A stretch of 64,000 nt of DNA from an uncultured Actinomycetes bacterium (GTDB lineage Bacteria; Actinomycetota; UBA4738; HRBIN12): the NCBI GenBank assembly GCA_963810915.1, contig CAWEPH010000004.1, positions 216,027-280,026 of the forward strand. Direction: 5' to 3'. The notes beneath the pieces are model-generated. The model searched no databases and was not told the DNA's origin. It saw only the letters and a list, made by a program, of their open reading frames with translations. Below, in pieces: positions 18,640-28,384 of this stretch (position 1 is its first letter; each line of letters opens with the position of its first letter). The position numbers and the translations under genes are program-made.

Positions 18640-20550
18640 GTGACCTTCCCCCGTCCCATCCTCCCCTTGGTGCTGGGCGCCCTCCTCACGGTGGCGCCTC
18701 TGCCCGCTCGCGCCGCGACCAAGACGACCCCGGGGATCGACGTGTCCCGGTGGCAGAGCACGATCGATTGGCCCCGCGTTGCCTCGACCGACGTGCGGTA
18801 CGTGATCATGAAGGCCACCCAGGGCATCCACGAGGTGGATCCCTTCTACGCCACGAACCTCGCCGGGGCGAGCGCGAACCACCTCGCGGTGGGCTCGTAC
18901 CACGTCGCCGAGCCGGGGACCGCGAAGGACGACGCGGTGAACGAGGCCGATCATTTCCTGGCGATCGCGCGCAACGCCCCCGGCGACATCCTGCCCGTGC
19001 TCGACATCGAACATCCCACGCTGCCGGTGGCCCGCCTTCAGGCGTGGGTGCAGGACTGGGTCACGCGGGTCAATGCGCGGCTCGGCGTGCGTCCCCTGAT
19101 CTACGCGAGCCCGTATTTCTGGCGCACGTACATGGGCGACTCCCACTGGTTCGCGGATCACGGCTATCCGCTCTGGATCGCGCACTGGCACGTGAGGTCA
19201 CCGGATGTGCCCGCGGCCGACTGGGGCGGCCGGAGCTGGTCGCATTGGCAGTACTCGAACACCGGGCACGTCCGGGGCATCACGACGGCCGTCGACCGCG
19301 ATCACTTCGCCGGCTCCAACCTCGGGGCCACGAAGATCGCGCGGCTCAGCATCAAGAACGATGGCGGGGGCACGGTGACGGGGCCGCGGATCGCCTGCGG
19401 CGGCGGCTCGGCCGATTGCTCGCGGCTCGCCAGCCCCGGTGATGCCCTCACCCTCACCGCGGACCCGGCGTCCGGCGCCACGTTCGTGCGTTGGTCGGGT
19501 GCGTGCACCTCGGCCGGCGCGTCCCCTACCTGCACCGTGACGACGCGCGGGAACAAGACGGCCACCGCCGTCTTCGGCTACCCGCTCGACGTGGCCGTGC
19601 AGGGGACCGGCGGCGGGCAGGTGACGTCGGCACCGAGCGGGATCGCGTGCGGCGGCGCCTGCGCCAAGGTCTTCGCGTACGGGCGGCAGGTCACCCTCAC
19701 CGAGGAGCCCGACTCCGCGTCGGGCTTCGGAGCATGGGGCGGGGCGTGCGGCGGGTCGGGGCCTACCTGCACGGTGAGCCTCACCGCACCGGTCCACGTC
19801 AGTGCGCGGTTCGACGCGGCCGTCGCGCTGCAGGAGGACGGCGCGGGGACGCGGTTCGCATGGGCGCGTCGGGGCGAACCCGAGGCCGCGGGCGGAGCCT
19901 TCCTGTACGACAGACGCGGGGGTGCCTCGGTGACGTTCGGATTCACGGGGCCGAAGGTGACCCTTTCCACGATGGCCGGGCCCGGGTACGGCAGAGCGAC
20001 GATCGCGATAGACGGCGCGCAGGTGGCCACCTTCGACGGCTACGCTCGCTCGCTCCGAGCCGGCGTCGCCCACCGCTTCAGCGCGCTCGGCGGCGGCGCA
20101 CACACGATCACGATCGCGGCCCTCGGCACCCACAGCACGCGCGCGAACGGGACGGGGGTCGGGGTGGATGCCGTGCGCGCCGGCGGCACGCTCCATGCCA
20201 ACCCCAAGCCGCGAGACACCACGTGGGGTCGGGCCACCTCACCCGACGCGGCCGACGGCGTGTACGTCTTCGACGACGTGGCGGGGGCGAGCGCGTCGCT
20301 GCGGTTCACGGGAACCGGCGCTACGTGGGTCACCGCCCGCGGCCCATCGATGGGCATCGCGCAGATCTGGGTCGACGGGAAGCGGCTGAAGACCGTCGAC
20401 CTCTACGCGGGGACCCGCACCTTCGGCGTCCAGCGCACCGTCTCCGGTCTGGCCGACCGTGCACACGTCATGAAGATCGTGGTGCTCGGGACCCACGCGC
20501 GCGCGAGCGCGGGTACGACGGTCGTGACCGACGGTTGGATCGTGCGGTAG
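18640..20550 (+). CDS. Secreted GH25 muramidase with two InlB-B-repeat-like domains and two C-terminal beta-sandwich modules
   Basis: Signal peptide, then GIDVSRWQSTIDW (GH25). Two GGG.VT..P.GI.CGG.C repeats, followed by a duplicated ~100 aa module. Confidence 0.85.
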   Translation: MTFPRPILPLVLGALLTVAPLPARAATKTTPGIDVSRWQSTIDWPRVASTDVRYVIMKATQGIHEVDPFYATNLAGASANHLAVGSYHVAEPGTAKDDAVNEADHFLAIARNAPGDILPVLDIEHPTLPVARLQAWVQDWVTRVNARLGVRPLIYASPYFWRTYMGDSHWFADHGYPLWIAHWHVRSPDVPAADWGGRSWSHWQYSNTGHVRGITTAVDRDHFAGSNLGATKIARLSIKNDGGGTVTGPRIACGGGSADCSRLASPGDALTLTADPASGATFVRWSGACTSAGASPTCTVTTRGNKTATAVFGYPLDVAVQGTGGGQVTSAPSGIACGGACAKVFAYGRQVTLTEEPDSASGFGAWGGACGGSGPTCTVSLTAPVHVSARFDAAVALQEDGAGTRFAWARRGEPEAAGGAFLYDRRGGASVTFGFTGPKVTLSTMAGPGYGRATIAIDGAQVATFDGYARSLRAGVAHRFSALGGGAHTITIAALGTHSTRANGTGVGVDAVRAGGTLHANPKPRDTTWGRATSPDAADGVYVFDDVAGASASLRFTGTGATWVTARGPSMGIAQIWVDGKRLKTVDLYAGTRTFGVQRTVSGLADRAHVMKIVVLGTHARASAGTTVVTDGWIVR

Positions 20551-20558
20551 CGCTCGCG

Positions 20559-21224
20559 CTAGCTCGCTACGGGGTGGATCGAGGGGAAGTAGGCGGGGGG
20601 ATCCGGCGTGCGAGGCTGCCTGAACAGCCACGTCACGGCCTCGAAGGGGATCGGGTCGACCGCGTACTGGTCCAGCAACCTCGACCGCAGGGCGTCGGGG
20701 CTCAGGTTCGTGATCTTGGTGCGGCGGCCGTCGGGAACCTCGATGCCCCCGCGGTGGAGCGCGCAGAGGGGGTAGAGGAGTCCCACGAACCCGTGCACGA
20801 CCTCGGGGATGCCGGGCCCCGGCTCGAACCAGGCGCACATCGCGCAGACGAGGCCGAGGCGCGAGGGGTACGCGAAGCGGCCGCGCCAGCCCCGCTCGTG
20901 CTCGATGACCGTTCCCCACAGCGCGACGGTCCCCACCACGGGTGGCGGCGGCCATGCCGGCCGTGGCCTATCGAAGACCTCGAGCGAACGGCTCGCGTAG
21001 ATGCCGCAACGGCAGGAGGGCTCGGGTGCGGCATGCGGACCCCGACCCAAGGAGAGCAGCGACGGGGCGCCGCAGCGAGCCTCCACCGGCCGTCGCGGCG
21101 GCCACGAGTCGACGCCCGACCCGGCGGGGCGCAGCAGGGGTCCCCGTGCGTCCTCGGAGAGGTTCCAGATGCGCCAGCCTTCGATCGGCTCGTTCGCTTC
21201 GTCGATGGGAAGGCCCATCACCAT
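20559..21224 (-). CDS. Hypothetical protein (Cys/Trp-rich)
   Basis: 221 aa ORF with coding-like composition (GWRIWNL..CRCGIYA..VALWGTVIEHERGWRG). No family recognised. Confidence 0.55.
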   Translation of the reverse strand: MVMGLPIDEANEPIEGWRIWNLSEDARGPLLRPAGSGVDSWPPRRPVEARCGAPSLLSLGRGPHAAPEPSCRCGIYASRSLEVFDRPRPAWPPPPVVGTVALWGTVIEHERGWRGRFAYPSRLGLVCAMCAWFEPGPGIPEVVHGFVGLLYPLCALHRGGIEVPDGRRTKITNLSPDALRSRLLDQYAVDPIPFEAVTWLFRQPRTPDPPAYFPSIHPVAS

Positions 21225-21299
21225 ATGGTCCGACCGGTCGCGGGTTCGCGCAACCGAAGGACCGGCTCGGAGGACCCCCTTCCGGCCCCGCCGAGCGGC

Positions 21300-21305
21300 T
21301 AGGCT
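21300..21305 (+). promoter_or_regulatory. -10-like hexamer TAGGCT, 8 nt before GTG 21314
   Basis: TANNNT box upstream of the first plausible in-frame start. Confidence 0.25.
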
Positions 21306-21313
21306 TATGCGTC

Positions 21314-22873
21314 GTGAGTGGGAACCTCGTCGACGACGACGTCGAGCGCGGTGAGAGCGCGCTCGCGCGCCTCAGTACCTTCTCGGACGCGGTGTTCGCG
21401 ATCGCGATGACGTTGCTGGTGCTGGACATCCCGCGTCCCCCGGAGGCCTCCTCCGGGAGCGCGGTGCCCTTCGACCTGACGGCATTCCTCTCGCCGCACC
21501 AGGGCAAGTTCATCGCCTACCTGATCAGCTTCTGGGTGATCGCGCTGTTCTGGATGGGACATCATCGGCTCTTCCGCTACCTCCGCGCCTACGACCTCGG
21601 TGTGGTGCTGCTCAACCTCGCGCTCCTGTTCTGCATCGCGTTCCTGCCGTATCCGAGCGCGATCCTCGGCGACCACGGAGACGACGTCGGCTCCGTGGTC
21701 TTCTATGCGCTCTGCATCTCCGTGACCGGGATCGCCTCCGCCACCCTCACGTGGTACGCGGTGATCCACCGGCGATTCACGGCGCCCCTGCCCACGGCCA
21801 TGGCCTGGTACCACGTGTCCCGCGGTCTGGTGGCGCCGGCGGTCTTCCTCATCAGCATCCCGGTGGCCTTCGTGAACACCTACGCGGCCATGGCCCTGTG
21901 GCTGCTCTCGTTCGTGCTCCAGCCCGTCGCACGCAGGATCGCCGAGAACCGTTCGGCGCCGATCCCTGCGGAAGGACGGCTGATCGTGGTGGACGCGACG
22001 CGCTTCGTCGTCCGGACCTCCGACGGCCGTTCGCTCGACGTCGACGTGTCCGGGCCGGGCGACGGGCTGCCGCTCGTCTTCCATCACGGCACACCCAGCT
22101 CGGGGGTGCAGTTCCCGCCGATGGCGCGGCAGCTCCACGAGCGCGGCCTCCGGCTCGTTACCTACTCACGTCCCGGGTACGGGTGCTCCACGCGACAGCC
22201 GGACAGAGCGGTGGTGGACTGCGCCGCCGACGTCGCGGCGATCCTCGATGCGCTCGGCGCCGAGACCTGCCTCACGGCCGGCGCGTCGGGTGGCGGCCCG
22301 CACGCGCTCGCCTGTGCGGCCCGCCTTCCCGATCGCGTGCGCGCATGCGCCTCGGTCGCCGGGGTGGCGCCCTTCGCAGCCGCGGGTCTCGACTTCCTCG
22401 CGGGCATGGGCGAGGACAACGTCCGGGAGTTCTCCATGGCGCTCGACGACCACGACGGCCTCGTGGCCTACATGCACACGTACGAGGAGGCGGTCGCGGT
22501 GGCCACGCCGGAGGCCGTCATCGAGGCGCTGCACACGCTGCTGTCTCCGGTCGACGTCGCAGCGCTCTCGGGAGAGCTCGGCGCGTTCTTCGTAGCCAAC
22601 GGGCAGGAGGCCTTCGTGGAGGGGATCGACGGTTGGTTCGACGACGACCTCGCCTTCGTGCGTCCCTGGGGCTTCGACCTCGACTCCCTCTCGGTCCCCG
22701 TCACGATCTGGCAGGGGGCGCAGGATCTCATGGTCCCGTTCGCCCACGGGGAGTGGCTCGCGGCCCACGTTGCGGGCGCACGCGCCCAGCTTCATCCCGA
22801 CGAGGGCCACATCACGATCGGGTTCGCGCGGCTCGGCGACATCGTCGACGACCTGCTCGCTAACGCGCTCTGA
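21314..22873 (+). CDS. TMEM175/DUF1211-like channel domain fused to an alpha/beta hydrolase
   Basis: N-terminus has RLSTFSDAVFAIAMTLLVLDI plus 5 more helices. C-terminus has LPLVFHHGTPSS, GASGGG (nucleophile elbow) and HPDEGH. There is no stop between the two halves. Confidence 0.7.
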   Translation: MSGNLVDDDVERGESALARLSTFSDAVFAIAMTLLVLDIPRPPEASSGSAVPFDLTAFLSPHQGKFIAYLISFWVIALFWMGHHRLFRYLRAYDLGVVLLNLALLFCIAFLPYPSAILGDHGDDVGSVVFYALCISVTGIASATLTWYAVIHRRFTAPLPTAMAWYHVSRGLVAPAVFLISIPVAFVNTYAAMALWLLSFVLQPVARRIAENRSAPIPAEGRLIVVDATRFVVRTSDGRSLDVDVSGPGDGLPLVFHHGTPSSGVQFPPMARQLHERGLRLVTYSRPGYGCSTRQPDRAVVDCAADVAAILDALGAETCLTAGASGGGPHALACAARLPDRVRACASVAGVAPFAAAGLDFLAGMGEDNVREFSMALDDHDGLVAYMHTYEEAVAVATPEAVIEALHTLLSPVDVAALSGELGAFFVANGQEAFVEGIDGWFDDDLAFVRPWGFDLDSLSVPVTIWQGAQDLMVPFAHGEWLAAHVAGARAQLHPDEGHITIGFARLGDIVDDLLANAL

Positions 22874-23849
22874 GGTCCTCGAGGAGGGCGTCGCGGATCG
22901 AGCTGCGGGAGCCGAACACCAGCAGGAAGAGGGCCTCGCGGGCGAGCCGCTGTGCGTCGTGGTCCGCGAGGATCGCGCGGCCCCCGTCGTGGACGATGAG
23001 CGCCGTCGCGGCGCGCACGGCGAACTCGGACGCGTGTGCGCGCGCGGCGGGAAGGGTCGCAGGCGTTCCCTGGTCGAGAGCACGGCGGACCTCGGCCAGC
23101 TCGGCGTCGAGCGCCCCGGCGCCCATCAGCGCGCAGCATCGCGACGCGACCCCGAGGGCGAGGGAGCCGTTCGTGCGCAGGGTCATCGGATCGCGCGCCG
23201 TCACGTCCGCCAGCGACTCCTCTTCGACGATCCGCTCTGCCGGGATGGGGTGGTCGCGGAAGCGCAGCGTGTAGGTCCCGCTCGCGTCGGCGCCCACCAG
23301 GCGGAGGCGCTCGACCTCGAGCGTCCGGGCCTCGTGAGCGTCGATGAGCGCTCGCACCACCATCTCGCCCTCGCGCGCCGCCACCAGGAGGACGTCGATC
23401 CGACCCCAGCCCGTCACCCACGGCGCCTCGCCGTTCACGATCAAGCCCCCGTCGCTCCGGCGCTCGGCTCGGAGGCGTGGCGGCCCGGGGATCTCGCCTG
23501 CCCGCGCGATGCCTCCGCGGACCTCGCCTCGGCACATCGGGGCGAGCCAGGTCTCACGCAGGCCAGGGGTCTGCGAGCCGGCCACAGCGCGTACGCCGCT
23601 GTGGTGCTGGATCCAGACGAACGTCGTGGTCAGGCACCCGGAGGCGACCGTCTCGATGACCGTCTGCCGTGTGGCCTCGTCGAGATCGAGCCCTCCTGCC
23701 TCCACCGGACCGTCCATCCCGTAGAACCCTTCGCGTGCGAGGAGGTCCAGCGAGGGGACTGGCACGAGATCCGACGCATCCGTAGCGAGGGCGGCGGGGA
23801 ACAGAACGTCGTCGGCGATCGCGCGTGCACGCTGCAGGATGGGATCCAT
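22860..23849 (-). CDS. Acyl-CoA dehydrogenase family protein
   Basis: MDPILQRARAIADDVLFPAA.. and the overall ACAD-like layout. The start is uncertain (23849 or 23897). Confidence 0.65.
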   Translation of the reverse strand: MDPILQRARAIADDVLFPAALATDASDLVPVPSLDLLAREGFYGMDGPVEAGGLDLDEATRQTVIETVASGCLTTTFVWIQHHSGVRAVAGSQTPGLRETWLAPMCRGEVRGGIARAGEIPGPPRLRAERRSDGGLIVNGEAPWVTGWGRIDVLLVAAREGEMVVRALIDAHEARTLEVERLRLVGADASGTYTLRFRDHPIPAERIVEEESLADVTARDPMTLRTNGSLALGVASRCCALMGAGALDAELAEVRRALDQGTPATLPAARAHASEFAVRAATALIVHDGGRAILADHDAQRLAREALFLLVFGSRSSIRDALLEDLRAR

Positions 23850-23985
23850 CGGTGGACGGTAGCCGTGCCTCCTCCACGACGGCAACGGCCGGGTCATCGG
23901 TCGGCGGTGCGCTCCGCCACGCCGGAGTAGGGTGAGGTCGGCGGGGTCGTGCGAAGGCCGGACCGAGCTAGGAGGAGGATCGACG

Positions 23986-24198
23986 ATGACGGACAGCATC
24001 TACCGGGTGACCGAGGTGATCGGCACGAGCACGGAGTCCTGGGAGGACGCCACGCGCAAGGCGGTCGAGACGGCCGCGGCCTCGCTCCGGGACCTCCGGA
24101 TCGGCGAGGTCGTCAAGCTCGACGTGACGATCGACGAGGGCAGGGTGACGCACTTCCGCTCGCGCGTGAACATCTCGTTCAAGTACGAAGCCGACTGA
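23986..24198 (+). CDS. Dodecin family flavin-binding protein
   Basis: AGGAGGAGG lies upstream. MTDSIYRVTEVIGTSTESWEDATRKAVETA..RIGEV is a typical dodecin sequence. Confidence 0.8.
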   Translation: MTDSIYRVTEVIGTSTESWEDATRKAVETAAASLRDLRIGEVVKLDVTIDEGRVTHFRSRVNISFKYEAD

Positions 24199-24280
24199 CG
24201 CCGAGGCGTGACCTGAGCGCCGCCCCTTCCCGGTACCACCGGGTGATGTGCGAGACTCATCAGGCCATGAAGGGGGTCCC

Positions 24281-24757
24281 TTGAGCGCCTGGGTGTTGCT
24301 CGGGCACGTGGCGGTCGCCTTCTGGTTCGTCGCAGGCTTGGTCGGGCGCGACGTCACGCTCGCGATGGCGCGCCGGAGCGACCGGATCGACGTGGTGAGC
24401 GCGTTGGCGGCACTCGCGGGGCGCTTCGACCGCTGGATGGTGATCCCGGGATCGATGGCGGTGCTGGTCCTCGGCATCCTCACCGCCTGGGCCCGCGGGG
24501 TGAGCTTCACCGCGACCGAGAGCCGTTGGCTCCCGCTCGCGCTCCTCCTCTTCCTTTCCATGATCCCTCTGGTGCCGCTCGTCTTCGTGCCCAGGGGGAA
24601 GGTCTTCGACGCCGCGCTCGCTCAGGCCCAGGAGGTCGGCGCCGTCACGCCAGAACTCACGTCCGCCTTCGCGGACCGAGCGGTCCTGGGCGCCCGGATG
24701 TACGAGCGCATCGCCGTGTCGCTGATCATCGTGCTGATGGTCGTGAAGCCGTTCTGA
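24281..24757 (+). CDS. DUF2269-like integral membrane protein
   Basis: AAGGGGG lies upstream of TTG 24281. Four hydrophobic helices. The family call is by overall resemblance only. Confidence 0.6.
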   Translation: MSAWVLLGHVAVAFWFVAGLVGRDVTLAMARRSDRIDVVSALAALAGRFDRWMVIPGSMAVLVLGILTAWARGVSFTATESRWLPLALLLFLSMIPLVPLVFVPRGKVFDAALAQAQEVGAVTPELTSAFADRAVLGARMYERIAVSLIIVLMVVKPF

Positions 24758-24820
24758 GTCGCAGCAGCCCAACGGTCGTTCGAACAGCACGTGACGTTCG
24801 ATCGTGCCCGGCGACGGAGC

Positions 24821-27637
24821 TCATCGCTGGTCCGGCTTGGTCGCGGCGAGCTCGTCGCGGCCGGATACGCCGAGCTTGCGGTAGATGTGCGCGAGGTGCG
24901 ACTCGATCGTACGCGGGCTGAGGTGCAGGTCATCGGCCATCTGCCGCACGCTCAACCCTCGGCGTGCGAGCGCCGCGACCTCGCGCTCACGAGCCGTCAA
25001 CGCGCCGATCGTTTGCGCCGCTCGGCGGCCTCCTCCTCCCTCCGCCCGGAGCGCGCCCGCGACCCGGGCCTCGAGGGCATCAGCCGGGAAGGATGCGTAC
25101 CGACGACCGGCGCGGGTCCATGCCGCGATCCGCTCTTCGCCTCCGAGCACGTGGCCCAGTCGTTCGGCGGCCCGAGCTTCGATCAGTCCGGCCCCGAGAC
25201 CGGCGGCCGCGTCCTGGGCGCCTCGCAACATCGCCTCCGCTTCCGCGGCCCGTGAGCGCGCGTGGGCGAGCAGGCCTCGGGCGTAGCGGCGCCCCACGTC
25301 CGAGAGCGGATCGCCCGCCCGGTCGGCGGCCTCGTTCAAGGCGTCCAGGTCGTTCGCAGCGCGTTCGAGCTCGCCGATCGCGATCCGCACCTCGACGAGA
25401 TCGGGGAGCATCTGTGCGAGGACCGGCCAGGCGCCCATCGATCCCGCTCGGTCGCACGCGCGCGCCATCAGCGCGGCCGCCCCGTCGAGATCGCCCACGA
25501 ACCAGCGGACCCATCCGGCCGCCCAACGGTGGTTGGCCGAGAAGATGTAGAACTCGCGGTCGCCGTAGATGCGGTCGGCGAGGCGGACGAGCGGGCCGGC
25601 TTCCCTCTGACGTCCCATCCCGGCGAGCAGGGCGCCGGCCAGCGTGAGGGTCCAGGCCGAGTGGATCGACGGGGACACGGGGTGCATGGCCTGGATCGCT
25701 CGGCAGTCGGAGAGGGCCTGCGCCCAGCGTCCGAGGTGCCAGTTCAGGCGCGCTCGCGATAAGTACGCGACGTCGCTGGGGTTCGGTTCGACGAGCAGCG
25801 TGTCGAGCTCCGCCCGCGCTTCCATCAGCCTGCCGCCGTTCATGAGCGAGTCCGCCAATGCCCCCACATGCCAGCCGATCTGATCCGGCTGGGACGACGT
25901 CCGCGCGGTCTCCAAGGCCCGCCGGCTGGCGGTCTCAGCCTCGTCCGCACGGCCGACGAGCCCCAGCGCGTGCGCGTGCGCACCGCGCGCGTGCATCGCG
26001 GTGATGGTGTCACCTCCGCGCTCCGCGAGACGGATCGCCTCCCCGCTCCCTTCGATCTGGGCGCGGAGATCCCCACCCTCCCCCTTGATCCACGCCAGCT
26101 CGTTCAAGACCTTGGGGAACTCGTCGTCGAGGCCGCCCGCGGCGATCAGTCGCACCGCCTCGTCGGCCGCCTCGGCGGCGGCGTCCAGGTCGCCCGCGCC
26201 CGTGGCGAGGAAGGAGGCGAGCTGCCGCTTCAGTGCGGCGAGCTCGCGCGGGTCCGCGTGCAGGAGTGGTTCCAACGCGACGAGCGCCGGGATGCCGACC
26301 GTATGGTCGGAGGCCACGCCGGCCTGCCACGCGATCTCGCGGAGGAGGTCGATCCGTTCCGCACCGCCGTCTGGGTCGTCGGGGTCCAGGAGTCTGAGCG
26401 CCGCTTGGAGGTGGACGAGTGCCTCACGATGCGAGCCGTTCACTTCGTCATGGCGCGCGGCCTCGCGCAACAACGCCACCGCGTCCGCGTCGCCGGGCAG
26501 CGCCCCGCGCGCCACGTGGTAGGCCCGGACGTCGATCGGTTCGTGGAGTGACCGCTTCGCCACCGCGGCATGCAGGCGGCGGCGGGTGGCGGCCCCGATC
26601 GCGTCGTACGTCGCCTCCTGGACCAGCGGGTGCACGAAGTCGTAGCGGACGACCCCGTCCTCCATGCGGGTCGTGAGCAGTCCACCACGAACGAGGTCGT
26701 CCAGCCGCTGCTCGTCCTCAGGTACCTCGACGAGCGCCGCGATGGTCTCGAGGGCGAACGAGTGCCCGAGCACCGCGGCGAGTTCCAGAACCTCGCGCTC
26801 CTCCGCTCCGAGCGGACCGGCCAAGCGGCCCGCGCGCTGCTTCACCCCGACCGGCACCTCGCGCGAGGCCGGATCGTCGTCGAGCTCCTCGATCAGCGCG
26901 ACCGTGAGGAGCGGATTGCCCCGGGCGCGCTCCCAGAGCCAGTCGGCCAGCTCGGCCTCGAGGCGTCCGGGCGGCATCGCACCCTCGATGAGGTCATCGA
27001 TCTCGCCACGGCTGAGCGGGCGGAGCGAGAGTCCCTGGGCGAGCTCGTCCTTCAGCAACGCGTCGAACAGCGCCGTCAGCTCGGGATCCGTCGCCAGGGC
27101 CTCGGTGCGCGCGGACGCCACCAGCAGGACGGGAGCCTGCGGCGGGTTGCGCGCCAGGTAGTCCAGCGCCTCGCGCGTGGACGGGTCCGCCTGGTGCACG
27201 TCGTCGAGGGCGGCCACCAGCGGCCCGTCTTCGGCGAGCGATTCGAGGGCCGCAGCGAAGGCGTCGAGCATGGCGATCCGCCCGAACGTCCCGTCCGCCC
27301 CGGAACCCGGCCCCATGGCGGGTGCGACGCCGACGAGGGGTCGACCTCGCCCCTCAGCGAGGCGAGTCAACCGCTCGGGCATCAGCCGCCGCAGCCCCGG
27401 ATCCAGCGTCTCCACCAAGAGTGAGAAGGGAACCGCGCGCCCTCGGGCGGACCCGCGTCCAAGCAGGAACCCCGTGCGGGAGGGAAGGGCCGCCCCGAAC
27501 TCGGTGAGCAGCCGGGTCTTCCCGACCCCCGCGTCGCCCGTCACCACGACGACGCCCGCCCCGCTCTTCGTGCGTCGGAGCGCGTTCCCGAGCGTCGCGA
27601 GCTCGTCATCCCGGCCGACCAGCGGGGTCGTGGGCAT
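24821..27637 (-). CDS. Large ATP-binding LuxR-family regulator (LAL/MalT-like)
   Basis: P-loop GDAGVGKTRLL near the N-terminus, a long helical-repeat middle and a C-terminal LuxR HTH (LTAREREVAALARRGLSVRQMADDLHLSPRTIESHL). Confidence 0.9.
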   Translation of the reverse strand: MPTTPLVGRDDELATLGNALRRTKSGAGVVVVTGDAGVGKTRLLTEFGAALPSRTGFLLGRGSARGRAVPFSLLVETLDPGLRRLMPERLTRLAEGRGRPLVGVAPAMGPGSGADGTFGRIAMLDAFAAALESLAEDGPLVAALDDVHQADPSTREALDYLARNPPQAPVLLVASARTEALATDPELTALFDALLKDELAQGLSLRPLSRGEIDDLIEGAMPPGRLEAELADWLWERARGNPLLTVALIEELDDDPASREVPVGVKQRAGRLAGPLGAEEREVLELAAVLGHSFALETIAALVEVPEDEQRLDDLVRGGLLTTRMEDGVVRYDFVHPLVQEATYDAIGAATRRRLHAAVAKRSLHEPIDVRAYHVARGALPGDADAVALLREAARHDEVNGSHREALVHLQAALRLLDPDDPDGGAERIDLLREIAWQAGVASDHTVGIPALVALEPLLHADPRELAALKRQLASFLATGAGDLDAAAEAADEAVRLIAAGGLDDEFPKVLNELAWIKGEGGDLRAQIEGSGEAIRLAERGGDTITAMHARGAHAHALGLVGRADEAETASRRALETARTSSQPDQIGWHVGALADSLMNGGRLMEARAELDTLLVEPNPSDVAYLSRARLNWHLGRWAQALSDCRAIQAMHPVSPSIHSAWTLTLAGALLAGMGRQREAGPLVRLADRIYGDREFYIFSANHRWAAGWVRWFVGDLDGAAALMARACDRAGSMGAWPVLAQMLPDLVEVRIAIGELERAANDLDALNEAADRAGDPLSDVGRRYARGLLAHARSRAAEAEAMLRGAQDAAAGLGAGLIEARAAERLGHVLGGEERIAAWTRAGRRYASFPADALEARVAGALRAEGGGGRRAAQTIGALTAREREVAALARRGLSVRQMADDLHLSPRTIESHLAHIYRKLGVSGRDELAATKPDQR

Positions 27638-27642
27638 GGGCG

Positions 27643-27648
27643 ATTGTA
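27643..27648 (-). promoter_or_regulatory. -10 hexamer TACAAT, 5 nt before ATG 27637 (leaderless candidate)
   Basis: The reverse complement of 27643-27648 is TACAAT. Confidence 0.35.
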
Positions 27649-27785
27649 GGCGCGCGACCGCACGACGTGACCGACCTCCGCCGGTTCCGTACCCGGTTCC
27701 GTACCCATCACGGATGGCGTCGATATCCAGATGCGTGAGTCTGGCGCTGAGGCCGCGATGGTCGCGGCGGGAAGGAGGGAACCCG

Positions 27786-28055
27786 ATGGGCGTCCTGGTG
27801 CAGATGCGCGTGGCCGCGTCGGATGTCGAGCGGTTCGTTGCCACCGCGAAGCGCTTCGAGCCGCGGTTCGCCGAGCTGGGGGCGGAGCGGCAGTCCATCT
27901 ACCAGGTGGACGGCTCGGACGAGGTCAGCCTGTTCGCCGAGTGGGCGTCGCACGACGCGATGCACGCAGCCACCGAAGCGCTCGGAGAGCGGTTCAACGA
28001 CGAGGCCGGCACGCAAGGCCTCATCTGGGAGACGCGGATCTGGCGCCGGCGCTGA
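27786..28055 (+). CDS. ABM (antibiotic biosynthesis monooxygenase)-like small protein
   Basis: GGAAGGAGGGA lies upstream. 89 aa with a ferredoxin-like ABM pattern (LFAEWASHDAMHAATE). Confidence 0.6.
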   Translation: MGVLVQMRVAASDVERFVATAKRFEPRFAELGAERQSIYQVDGSDEVSLFAEWASHDAMHAATEALGERFNDEAGTQGLIWETRIWRRR

Positions 28056-28096
28056 GCGCCTCGCGGGCCGCAACGATGCGAAGGAAGGGGAGCGAG

Positions 28097-28321
28097 ATGC
28101 CACTGATCAACGTGAAGGTCATCGAGGGCGTGTTCACCGACACGCAGAAGCACGACATGGTCGAGCGCCTCACGGACGCGATGGTCTCGATCGAGGGCGA
28201 GAACATGCGCGGAGTCACCTGGTGCGTGGTGGAGGAGGTGCACGGCGGCGATTGGGGGATCGGCGGCACCCCGCTCACGGCCGCCGACGTCAAGGCGCGC
28301 GCCGCGGGCACCGCCGGCTGA
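28097..28321 (+). CDS. 4-oxalocrotonate tautomerase family protein
   Basis: MPLINVKVIEG with the catalytic Pro2. 74 aa. Confidence 0.8.
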   Translation: MPLINVKVIEGVFTDTQKHDMVERLTDAMVSIEGENMRGVTWCVVEEVHGGDWGIGGTPLTAADVKARAAGTAG

Positions 28322-28337
28322 CCCACTCGGGTGCGCA

Positions 28338-28364
28338 CGAGGCCCGGCCTCCGGCCGGGCCTCG
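28338..28364. terminator. Strong hairpin between convergent genes
   Basis: CGAGGCCCGGCC-tcc-GGCCGGGCCTCG, a 12 bp perfect stem. Confidence 0.5.
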
Positions 28365-28384
28365 TCGATGCTCAGGCCGGATGC

